This document shows positions 12,938 to 24,129 of a stretch of 64,000 bases of DNA, piece after piece (the first letter of the stretch is position 1; each line of letters begins with the position of its first letter). Position numbers and translations under genes: made by a program. The DNA lies in NCBI GenBank assembly GCA_043228905.1, contig JBHGNT010000015.1, forward strand, positions 6,138,001 to 6,202,000. Reading direction: 5' to 3'. This DNA is from Azolla caroliniana (taxonomy: Eukaryota; Plantae; Polypodiophyta). The notes under the pieces were generated by a model. The model was not told where the DNA came from. It searched no databases and worked only from the letters and a program-made list of their open reading frames with translations.

Positions 12938-12951
12938 TTTCTGCAACAGTC

Positions 12952-12963
12952 GCTCTGATACCA
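12952..12963 (-). promoter_or_regulatory. PBS, tRNA-iMet (TGGTATCAGAGC)
   Basis: Exact canonical motif 3 nt inside the 5' LTR. Confidence 0.95.
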
Positions 12964-12966
12964 GTT

Positions 12967-13579
12967 TGTAATGAATAGATCCTTCTATTCCTTTCTTCCC
13001 TCGGCCACAACCGATTAATCGCGGATCAATGGAGCAGAAAATAGGAAACACACGTAGAAACAAAACGAAGAAACGCGAGTACACAAGGATTAACGTAGAA
13101 AACCCTATATGGGAAAAACCACGGGAGTGCGAGACTCCAAACCAAAACTATGCACAGAGAGATTTACAATGGCGAGCTGCAAGGCAACGACCTTGAGCTC
13201 GCTTCCTTCGCCACAGGCGGCGGTGTTACACAGAGGCGTCGACCTCTTCCTCTCTCGCGCTCTCTCTCTCTCACGGCTGCTCTCTCTTCACTCCTCTAAA
13301 GTGGAAAAACAGAAAAATGAGAAGCAACCGCAAAAACTGTTTGCCCTAAGTCATATTTATACATATATGACTTTGGGCTATTTACAACTGTAGCCTCAAG
13401 GGCCCATAGCGAACATATTCACGGATATGTCCCTGCATCCGGATCTCTTCTTCGGGTACATTCGCCATCCGACTCTGAAGTCGGAGTCTTCATCATCCGG
13501 ATCCGAAACCGAAACCGGGCTTGTCGGCATTCACCTTCGACATCCGACCATCCCATACGAAGGGACCGAAATCCCAACA
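12967..13579 (-). repeat. 5' LTR of element C
   Basis: Matches 8241-8853 except G/A at 8371 versus 13097. Confidence 0.95.
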
Positions 13580-16435
13580 ACGGTGATGACTAGATCATCA
13601 ACGTAAAGCAGTATGCTTAGCAGCCCATTCCGACCCTGCCAAATGAACAAAGAAGTATCTGACTACGACGGAGCAAAACCCATCTTACACAATTGTTGTG
13701 TAATTTTGGCATTCTAGGCTCGGAGGGCTTGCTTGAGTTTATAAAGCGACTTCTTCAGTGGGCAAACGGTCAACACATTCATCTCGGATAGAAATCCAGG
13801 GGGTTGTACCATGTACACATGTTCCTCAAGCTCGCCTTGTAGGAACACCTTCTTTACATCCATCTGATGTAAATGCCATCCCTTCGCCACTACGACTGCC
13901 AATAAGACACGGACAATCTCCATCTTGGCAACTAGCGTGAACGTCTCATCGTATTCGATGTCGTGTTGCTGCACGTAGCCTTTGGCCACTAGTCGGGCCT
14001 TGTACCTATTGACGGAGCCGTCGACATTGTATTTTACCTTATACACCCACCTACATTCGATCAAATTCACTCTTTTGGGGACATCAACTATGTTCGAAGT
14101 CTCATTTTTGGCCAATGCATGCATCTCCTCCTTCATGCCCACTTTCCATTTGGCACCGCATTTCTCTGCCACTTTCGTCATGTATGCATAATGATGTGCC
14201 ATATACTCATTATACCCGTATCAGATCATGGGATTCTTGTGGCGGGTTGACCGGAGCAACCTTTTGTTGGAAGTCTTCAAGGCCCTTCTGGCCGAATCCG
14301 TCCTTAACTCCTGAGAACCACCACCATCACTCACCGCATCATCGAACTCACTCCGATCCGACATGCTTGCTTCTGTGCCGTATTTTAGCATCTTCTTCCC
14401 CTTCTCTTTGTGGGTAAGCCCTCTCCTTGGCTTCATTCTTGGGGATTGCATGGCCAAGTCTCCACCACTCACTGGCTTCGAATCCGATTGGCTGTTTTGG
14501 CTCAGCTCCTCATTTGGCTCTCTTAGCCAAAATGAGATCAGACTCTCTTCCAAAGTACCGCTTTCTTCCTCCAGCATGAGCTCGGCCTCACTGGCCTCAT
14601 CTTCAGAATTCAGCATAGAGTCCATGGGGGTTGGATTGGTGGGAGGTTGATACCATGAAACTGATTCGTCGAATATGACATCACGGCTAACTCGTACATG
14701 TTTCATATGGGGCTTATCACATTTATAACCCTTTTGCTTCTCCGAGTAGCCAACCAGTATGCACTTCTCGGCTTTGGTGTCCAACTTCCTCTGCTTCTCC
14801 TCGCCACATGCACGTTGTCGGGTTGTTTCACCTTCACGTGTAGGATCCGAGGCGGGACCATGGGGGTCTTGGACTAGGGCATAGAGGAGAAGGAATGAGA
14901 CACAAAATGGAATCTTAGCTCAAGATGAGAAGAGGAAGAATAGCACATAAACATAGAATAGAAATAGATGGAGGCAAGATACACAAATGGTTTGTATTAA
15001 GAAGAACACCACACGCATTACAACCATGGCCGCATAGGCCGCACCAAAACGACTACAAGAAAACCCTAACCGAATAAGTAAAGTAAAGAAGATGATGAAG
15101 AAGAAACCCTAAGCGAAACCCAAGAAGAAAACCCTAGAAGAAACCCTAAAACCGAATAGAGACCCTCCACCTACGTGGTATACCTCTCTCACTCAAAATA
15201 GGCAACCCCTTCACAAGTGACCCCTCCCTTCCTTTTATAGCCCAAGGAGGGAGGAACGTTACAATGTGGGCTCAATACTCCCCCTTATTCTATACACCGT
15301 TTTCCTAATATACAGGTGCACATGTTGCACACCACCGACTTGCCCATTATACCCCGGTTTCACACTATAACCGGAAATCTTCACGACATCCACCCCCACC
15401 AAACCGCACATCCACCGGTATGTGCAAAGAAAGGAAATGGGTGAGATATTTTGGCGACTATGATCAACCGGGTCCTCCGCCTTACCGGCACCCGATCGTT
15501 TCGCCGGCTCCTTACCGGCTCCAATCCGTCAACTTCTGGACCGCGCTTGTCCTCCTTCCGGGAATTCACCTCCGCGGCCATCCCTCTGTCCCGCCATTCA
15601 TCCGCCGATCACGAAACCTTACCGCTCCGTCTCTCGCCGCGTGCTTGCCTCTCAAAGGCTCGACAAGTCCGTCGTTGCCAGTCACTCGTTGCTGCTCTTC
15701 CGGGTGCATGCTTGCTTCTTGGACCTTCGCCGGCCGTAGTGCATGCTCCGTTTTACGCCCTTCACTCGTTGTAGACCCGACCTCCGCATCGGTCTATTCC
15801 CCCTTTGTTGCGCCATAGCCCGTCCAAGTCGGGCTTGCCATCTCTCCGGTAACCTCATCCACTCTAGTAACCGACTCCTCGCCGCCACCCGTCGTCTATC
15901 CGGTCTTACATTGATCCGCAACCGCCAAAGTCTCTAGAATAGGTGTGGAGGGTTCCGCTCGTTTCCGGTCTTTCACGGAACCGTAGTCGTCATGCCCACT
16001 TGGCCTCCTTCTCGCGCTCACCGGCTCCCACCATGTGTTGCGACTCGTCCTCCCCGATCTCCAATAATGCTGGCTTGGTCCTTGCCCGGTACAATCTCAA
16101 CCGATCATGTTCTGGTTTGGTCGGCTTCCTTCCATAATCGTAACCGGCCGGTAAGGGTTCGGCCGAACACTTCTGGTCTTGCCGACTCTTCTTCGGTTCG
16201 GGCCCGGTTGACCGGCCCCCCCTTACATTCTTTTCCCGGTTCGCTGTCTGGTTGGGTCGGTTCCCGACTCTCTCCTTGTTGCCGCTCTCGGCCTCCCCTT
16301 TGGTCCTTTCGTATATGACCGTTCCGGGCATCGCATCCTCCTCTTCATTTCGGTCACCCGCATTGCCACTGCCACCGTCTGTCATTCTAGGTCTCATACC
16401 GGCTCTTGGGCCGGATGCCGGAGTCTCTAGAACCA

Positions 16436-16707
16436 TGATAGGAACTACACGCTCCCTGCGTAACACTCGGCCTCAACCGAGCTTAGAATCAAACACAGAA
16501 AACGGGGAATGAATACACGACACAAAGGAGAGAAGAGTACACAGGATGTTTAACGTGGAAAACCCTGAGAGGGAAAAACCACGGGAGTCCACAGACTCCA
16601 AACAATCACTATTATCACAATGATTACAACAGTGAGCTCACAGAGGCAACGACCTCGTGCTCACGATCTTCGCCACAGGCGGCGGTTACAACAGAGGCAA
16701 CGACCTC

Positions 16708-16741
<34 letters not shown>

Positions 16742-17287
16742 CCCAGTTATGCGCTCTAATCTTGCGCCAACAAGAATGACAACAACAACACAACAAAGTT
16801 TGCCCTAAGTCATATTTATACTAATATGACTTTTCGGCTATTTACAAATATAGCCCCGATGGACTCTCAAAAACATATTTACAAATATGTCCCTTCATCC
16901 GGTGAGCACTTCTCACCGGGCCTTCACCATCCAGCTCTTGTCGGGTACTCCTCATCCGGTTCTCAGCGGGTCCTCCGCAACCGGGTACTCTTCATCCGGT
17001 TTTCACCGGGTCCTCCGCAACCGGGTACTCTTCATCTGGCGCTTGTCGGGTACACCACATCCGGTTCTCACCGGGTCCTCCGCAGCCGGGTACACCACAT
17101 CCGGGTCCTCCGTAGCCGAGTACTCTTTATCCGGGTCTCACCAGGTCTTCCGTAACTGGGTACTCTTCATCCGGTTCTCACCGGGTCTTCCGTAACCGGG
17201 TACTCTTCATCCGGTTTCGGCCTCGGCTGAGATTCTCATAAGCACTATTCTTCTCACTTCCCATCCAGAGGGACCTGTTTCCCAAAA
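16436..17287 (-). mobile_element. Solo LTR of the Copia G family inserted in D
   Basis: Reverse-complement match to the G LTRs (26575-27251, 31310-31943). Flanks AACCA/AACCG form a 5-bp TSD with one mismatch. Expanded array of a roughly 40-bp unit. Confidence 0.9.
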
Positions 17288-17394
17288 AACCGGTGCGGGT
17301 AAGATCACGGCACCGCCACTCGTTATGTCCGTAGCCACCTCCATCCGGACGTCGTTGTTCGTGGCTACCCCATCTCCGATCGCAGAAGCCTCGA

Positions 17395-18348
17395 TTACGC
17401 TTGTCGCCTCCTCTTTCTCGATCTCCTTGCCATAATCTTGGTTCCCGCCTTGCCGCCGCCACCGTTTGTCACTCTAGGTCTCCCACCGGCTCTCGTATCG
17501 GACGCCAAAGTCTCTAGAATCGGTGTGGGTGAGGTCTCGGCACCACCGTTTGTCTCCTCCCCGCTTGATGTTTCGGGCCACCATGTCTCGAATCCTCCGC
17601 CCACTCTCGAAGTGACGCTCCCCGCTTTGTAGTCATCGGCCTCATCCATGGCCGTCCCTTTTCCGCAAAACGAGAGGGTCACTTGCTCCGCACCCTCTCC
17701 CACGTCGTCGTTGTTGCACGCTCCTCCGGCCTCTACATAGGCCCCATTGTCCATGCATAGGGCGGCTTCTTCCTCCGCATCCTCCAATCGTCTCCGGCCC
17801 GACTCCATTAGAAGCTCTTCTTCAGCTTCGAACTTCGCCTTCACGCTCTCGCACGCTTCCCATATCAACGGCTCTAGGTCGTACTCCTCTGGTTGATCGC
17901 GCGTCGAGCTCTCTTCTGGCGGTAGTGCGTAGCCGCTCACCGCCCACTCTTCTCCGCCGCTCGCGGGCCACGTTCTTGCCGACCGCTCCCCATCGGGTTG
18001 CTGGCATACCCACTCCGGTTTCGCGTACCCGTATGCCTCCAATAGAGCTCCCTCAAAGGACTCCCACGACTCATGAGCTTCTTGAAGCTCCTTGACCTCT
18101 TTGTGCACCGATACGGCCGCCACTCGATGAAAATATTCTAGCCGCATAGCTTTGTCCACGCCCCTCATTGTCATCTCGGCTTTGTACACTTCCAAGAACC
18201 TTGGGACATCATCCTCGTTGAATCGACCGACTCGATCGACCACCCTCTCGCCGGCTTGTAGAGCCGCATCTTGCCTCACCTTCTTCCGTCGGGCATCCAT
18301 AACAATCTTCGCCATCATCTCCGCAAAGTCAAAGTCTTCGTCTTCCAT
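17395..18348 (-). CDS. Gag-like protein of element D with an acidic low-complexity tail
   Basis: Starts just after the PBS. RFNEDDVPRFLEVYKAEM...SWESFEGALLEAY resembles a Gypsy capsid N-terminus (recognised by eye). Confidence 0.55.
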   Translation of the reverse strand: MEDEDFDFAEMMAKIVMDARRKKVRQDAALQAGERVVDRVGRFNEDDVPRFLEVYKAEMTMRGVDKAMRLEYFHRVAAVSVHKEVKELQEAHESWESFEGALLEAYGYAKPEWVCQQPDGERSARTWPASGGEEWAVSGYALPPEESSTRDQPEEYDLEPLIWEACESVKAKFEAEEELLMESGRRRLEDAEEEAALCMDNGAYVEAGGACNNDDVGEGAEQVTLSFCGKGTAMDEADDYKAGSVTSRVGGGFETWWPETSSGEETNGGAETSPTPILETLASDTRAGGRPRVTNGGGGKAGTKIMARRSRKRRRQA

Positions 18349-21300
18349 CTCCGTCCTCCCTTGCCGCCTCTTCACGTCGGGTTCACCAAATATGTTGGGT
18401 TGTTTCGCTTTTGCGTGTAGAATCCAAGGCGGGACCGCGGGGGTCTTAGACTACGGAGTAGAGGAGAAGGAATGAGACACAAAATGGAATCTTAGCTCAA
18501 GAGGAGAAGAGGAAGAATAGCACATAAACATAGAATAGAAAAAGATGGAGGCAAGATACACAAATGGTTTGTATTAAGAAGAACACCACACGCATTACAA
18601 CCATGGCTGCATAGGCCGCACCAAAACGACTACAAGAAAACCTTAACCGGATAAGTAAAGTAAAGAAGATGATGATGAAGAAACCCTAAGCGAAACCCAA
18701 GAAGAAAATGCTAGAAAAACCCCTAAAACCAAATAGAGAACCTCGACCTATGTGGTATACCTCTCTCACTCAAAATAGGCAACCCCTTCACAAGTGACCC
18801 CTCCCTTCCTTTTATAGCCCAAGGAGGGAGGAATGTTACAATGTAGGATCAATACTCCCTCCTATTCTATACACCGTTTTCCTACTATACATGTGCACAT
18901 GTTGCACACCACCGACTTGCCCATTCCACTCCGGTTTCACACTATAACCGGAAATCTTCACGACAACGTATGCTATGTTGCTGAACACCACCCTCAAGTG
19001 TCCTAGATTCAGCTTCTTCCCGGAGTATAGGTCATGTGTCAACACTCCTCCATTTGCAGATGCTTGATTCTAAACGTAAATGGCCATCCTAACCACTTCG
19101 ACCAATACAACTTCGGTATATGCTTCTCCTCAAGAATTTCCCCTGCCACTTCCTCAATGGTTCAATTCTTCTGCTTGGCCACATTGTTCTACTCCGACGT
19201 GTATGTGCAAGAGAATTCATGTCGAATTCCCTCCTTTTGCAGATAGCTTGAGAACTAGTCAAAAAAGTGCTCTTTTCCACCATCGTTCTGGAGGCACTTG
19301 ATTTTAAGTCCAGTCTCGCATTCCGCAAGGCTCTTTACCTTCAAGAAACAAGAGAAGACATTGCTTTTCTTCTCAATCAAACATGCCCAAGTATGCCGAG
19401 TGTAGTCATCAATAAGGGTTACAAAGTAGCGGCTCCCACCGATGCTCACATTCTGCGCCAGCCCCCATACATCCGAATGGATTAAATCGAGCTCATTACA
19501 ACTTTGATTATGCTCGTTGGGGAATGGAAGTCGGTGTCGCTTCCCGATTTGACAGGCTTCGCAAACTTGGTCATTCCGACCACTAAATTTCGGCAAGCCG
19601 AAAATGATGTTCTTTGTCTACATCGCTTGAAGCCGAGGGAAGTTGACGTGGCTGATCTGCTTGTGCCACAAGTCGATGTCCGATTCAACCTTCAGCCTTT
19701 TGGCAAACATAGCAATGCCGATGTCATTCATCTCGAGGATAAACATCCTCCCTTCTCGGTGCCCTTACATGATAATTCGGCCTTCTTCGATGAAGCACCC
19801 AAGGTGAGTGAACCAAACCTACATTCCCTGGTCGCTGATATGTCCACTTGACACCAAGTTCTTGGTGATCATCAGGATGTGCAAGACGTTCCTCATTATT
19901 CCTCTCTGGCCGACATGGCTTAGAGGGACGTCTCTGATGTGCTCGATGGGGTGAGGGGTGTCATCACCGGTTTCGACGACCCCTGGCTGTTCTGGCTTCT
20001 CAATATAAGAGAACCATTCTTCATGGTTCTTCGTGTGGTTCGATGCACTGGAATCCTCATATCGCAGCTCCTTTGATTTTGAGGTGCTTGCCACAATCGA
20101 GTTGGCTTTGTGCTTTATCACGAAGATGGGTCCCTAAAAAGAATACGTGTACAGAATTGTGTGCGATAGACACCGAGTATACAGTTGGTTTCGGAAACTC
20201 GACAATGAGGTAAACACAGAGAATGGTGTATGAGAGAGAGAGAGAGACAGAGAACACAGACAACAACTTCTATTTCGAATAATGGACATTTTGTACATAC
20301 GATGTGCTCAGTGAGCACTTTTTATACAGGCCCCTGACGAGTGGGCTGACACAAGTACCGTCATTACTTGAATGCTCATAAATCAGCCTGACACTAAATC
20401 TGTCTACAATATTCCTATTTACTATAGTAGGAATATAGACCCTCAACGGCCTTTCAGAATCCTTCCTACTCGACACACAACCCTCGGCCCTCGGTTCTCA
20501 GTTCTCGGCTTCTTCAACCAAATAGGCCCATGTTGAGCTTGTCTCTCAACACTTCCCCTCAAGCTTAAATTGAGGTCCCTCCGTGTCAGTTCAAGTTGGT
20601 TCGTCATCCCAGCCTCTTCTCCTGGCGTCTCGATGCCTCGCTCATGCTCCTTGTCTAGTTTGGCTTTGCATCCCATGAACCTTTCGGTCTAGTGCTCCTT
20701 GACCCATCTGGTTCTCGACCCTTACGATGAGGTTGTCAGCTTCCAAGGCTCTTGTCAGCTCCCTTGTTGTCGCAGTATTGGCGCCCCTTGACCCATCGAA
20801 TCCTCCGTATCGGTGTCGACTTCAGCCGCCTCCTCCTCATCCGCTTGGCCTCTATGTACTTCAGCTCATCCGAATCACCTTCCATGATCGAATCGGCTGG
20901 TTCCGACTCGTTCTAGCTCTTGTCTGAATTGGCTTTCTCCAATTCGTCCTCCTTCAGGACCTTGACCACATCTACCCATGTCTTGGTCTTCGCTCAGTCA
21001 GCTTTGTCCTTTTCGACTCTGCCTCCTTCCTTTTCCTTCTCTGCTTCACTTCCCCTTGGTTCCGTTGGCTCTGGCTTCAGCTCTCTCTTTCGGCCACTCC
21101 CCCTGCATCTAGCTAGTCTCTTCTTAGCCGATCTTCTTCCATCTGTCCATGCATCCTCGGCTTCTCCAGCCAATCCGAAAGTTCCGACTTCTTCAGTTGT
21201 GCCGAAATCGAATTCTTCATCCGATTCGGCTTTTTGGACTTCATCTCTCTCCTTTTCGGCTTCACTCCTCCCCCTCAATTTCGGCGTATCGAGATGTTGA

Positions 21301-24097
21301 AGACCGAGCATACCCGAGAAATGCCGCAACTTGTCTAGGCCAAGAGGTTTGGTGAAGATATCAGCAACCTATCGATCGATTAGAACATACAGTAGTTCGA
21401 CTTCACCGGAGAGGACATGCTCACGGACAAAATGATAGTGCACCTCGATGTGCTTTGTCTAGGCATGGTAGATAGGGTTCTTTACAAGTTGGATACTATT
21501 GAGTTTGTCACAATAAATAATTGTCGACTCAGACAACTCCAGTTGTAGATAGTTCAACAGCCTTTTTCAACCAAATGGCTTCGCACGTAGCGACAACCGC
21601 CCCTCGATACTCGGCCTCAGTGCTCAACAATGCCTCCATTGGTTCCTTTTTACTACACCAGACGATCGCGACACTTCCCAATGAAAATGCAAACCCAGAT
21701 GTTGACATGCAATCGCGGGAATTTCCAGCCCAATCGGCGTCCGTGTAGCCGATTAACTCAGCGGCTACTCTTGCCCGATACAGTAATGCCATGTCCTTAG
21801 TGTCGTTGACATATCGCAATATCCTTTGTGCACACTAAAGGTGTTCGGCCTTTGGCTACGATATGAATTGATTGATCAAGCCGACTGGGTAACTTAGGTC
21901 CAGCCGAGTGATCGTAAAATAAATGAGGCTTCCGACAATTTGTCGGAAACGTGTCGGGTCGTATGTCGTTCCTGAATTTTGGAGAAGCTTCACGTTTTTG
22001 TCTAGAGGGCTTGAGATGGAATTACAATCCGCCGTCCTGAACTTGAAGAGCATATTCAGCATATAATGACGTTGGCTGATCAATATGCCTTCGGAGGTTC
22101 AGATCACTTCGTTCCCGAGGAAGTAATGAAGGTCCCCCGGATCCTTCATTTAATTTGATGCCACAAGCTGACACTTTACTCGATCGATTTCTCTGAGGTC
22201 GGCACCAACGATGACTAGATCATCGACGTATAGTAGAATGCTAATCGGTACAGTCTGATTCAGCCAAATGAATATTGAATAGTCTAATTTTGATGAAGCA
22301 AACCCCATCCTACGCAACCGCTACATAATCTTGGTGTTCCAGGCACGTGGGGCTTGCTTGAGTCCATACAATGACTTCTTCAATAAGCAAACTGCCGAGG
22401 TGTTTTGTTCGGATAAAAATCTGAGGGGTTGTACCATGTACACCTATTCCTCAAGATCACCTTGCAGAAATGCGTTCTTTACATCCATTTGATGTAAGTA
22501 CTACCGCTTTGCTGCTACTACCGCAAGTAAAACACGAACTATCGTCATCTTCGCAACTGACGTGAAGGTCTCATTGTAATTGATGTCGTGTTTTTGCGCG
22601 TAGCCCTCCGCCACCAATTGGACCTTATATCGGTAGATTGAGTTGTCAATGTTGTACTCAACCTTGTACACTCACCTGCATCCGATCAGCTTCACATCCT
22701 TGGGGGCGTCAACCAGGTCCCAAGTCTCATTCTCCGTAAATGCGCACATCTCTTCCTCCATAGCAGCACACCAATTTGCGTCCTTTGCCGCTTCTACGTA
22801 GCTCTCTAGCTCATGCACGTTTGCCATCGTCACCATATATGCATAATGATGCGCCATATACTCATTGTACCCGTACTGAATTACGGGATTTGTGTGGCGT
22901 GTGGATCGGCGAAACTTCTGGTTTGCCGATTTCGTGGCCCTCTCGCCCGAGTTCGACCCTGTTTTCGGAGGTCCCTCCTTGCTTCTAGCCATGTCAAATT
23001 CACTTCAATCTGACATTTCGGCCTCGGGGCCTATTCTGGCAACTTCATCTTTTCTTTCTCCTTGTGCGTAAATCGTCTCCTCGATTTTTGGCAGGGGGAC
23101 TGCACAGTCGAGTCTCCACTACTCGCTGGTTCTTCATCCAACTTGTCAGTTCGACTCAATCACACATTCGGCCCACTTAGCCGTAATGAGATCGGACTCT
23201 CTTCTATAGTTCCAATCTCCTCTTCATCAAGGGGCTTCTCAGCCTCACTGGCCTCATCCTCAGAATTAGGAATGGAGTGGATGGTAGTTGGAGGTAAAGG
23301 CACGTACCACGAAGTCGACTTGTCGAAGACGACATCTCGACTTACTCGGACCTCTTTCAATCGGGGGTTATCACACTTATAACCCTTTTGCTCATCTCAC
23401 TAGCCGAAGACAATGCATTTCTCGTCCTTCGCGTCAAGCTTCCTCCTGTTTTCCTTCAGCACATGCTACCGTAAACCCTCAAATGTGCCAAATTCGGTTT
23501 CTTTGTGAAATACAGCTCATGTGGCGACACTCTTCCATATGCAGAAGTTTGATTCTACAGGTATACTACTGTCCTGACGGCTTCGGCCAAGTAGAATTTC
23601 GGCATATGCTTCTCCTGAAGCATCGCCCTGGCCGCTTCTTCGATCGTCCGATTCTTCCTCTCGGCCACACCGTTCTGCTGCGGCGTGTATCTGTAGGAAT
23701 ATTCGTGTCAAATTCCTTCCTTTGGCAGATAGCTAGAGAATTAGTCGGAAGAATACTCTTTCCCACCATCAGACCTTAGGCACTTGATTTTCTTGTCTGT
23801 CTCCCGTTCGACAAGGCTCTTCACCTTTAAGAAACAGGAGAAGACTTCGCTTTTCTTCTCAATCAAGCACGTCCAAGTGTGCTGAGTGTAAATTGATGAA
23901 GGTTACAAAGTAATGACTTCAACCGATACTCACGTTCTGCGCCAGTCCCCATACATCTGAAATGGAACAAATCAAGCTTGTTTCGGCTCCGATTAGTACT
24001 AAAACTGAGAGAGAATTAGTACTGGAGAAGGGAAGTACTATTAGTACTAAGAGGAGATGGGACTGCGTAAGACTCTTGAGAGAGGAAAAGAGAAAAG

Positions 24098-24129
<32 letters not shown>

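Larger units (their letters stand above)
8241..13579 (-). mobile_element. Copia element C, full-length and intact, Tnt1/Tork-like
   Basis: Two 613-bp TG...CA LTRs (8241-8853, 12967-13579) with one difference seen. tRNA-iMet PBS 12952-12963, PPT at about 8856-8864, uninterrupted polyprotein. Confidence 0.97.
14816..18965 (-). mobile_element. Element D, non-autonomous Gypsy-like LTR element (gag-like ORF only, no pol)
   Basis: 573-bp LTRs at 14816-15388 and 18393-18965, 4-bp TSD ACGT, perfect tRNA-Trp PBS 18372-18388, PPT GGTGGGGGTGGA at 15389-15400. Confidence 0.9.

Noticed and set aside
8795-12958. Many plus-strand and alternate-frame ORFs over element C (likewise over A and G)
   Set aside because: They are shadows of GC-rich retrotransposon coding sequence with no independent motifs.
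12938-13084. 49-aa N-terminal extension of the C polyprotein
   Set aside because: It begins at a non-ATG codon in the LTR and crosses the PBS; it is a chance open frame.
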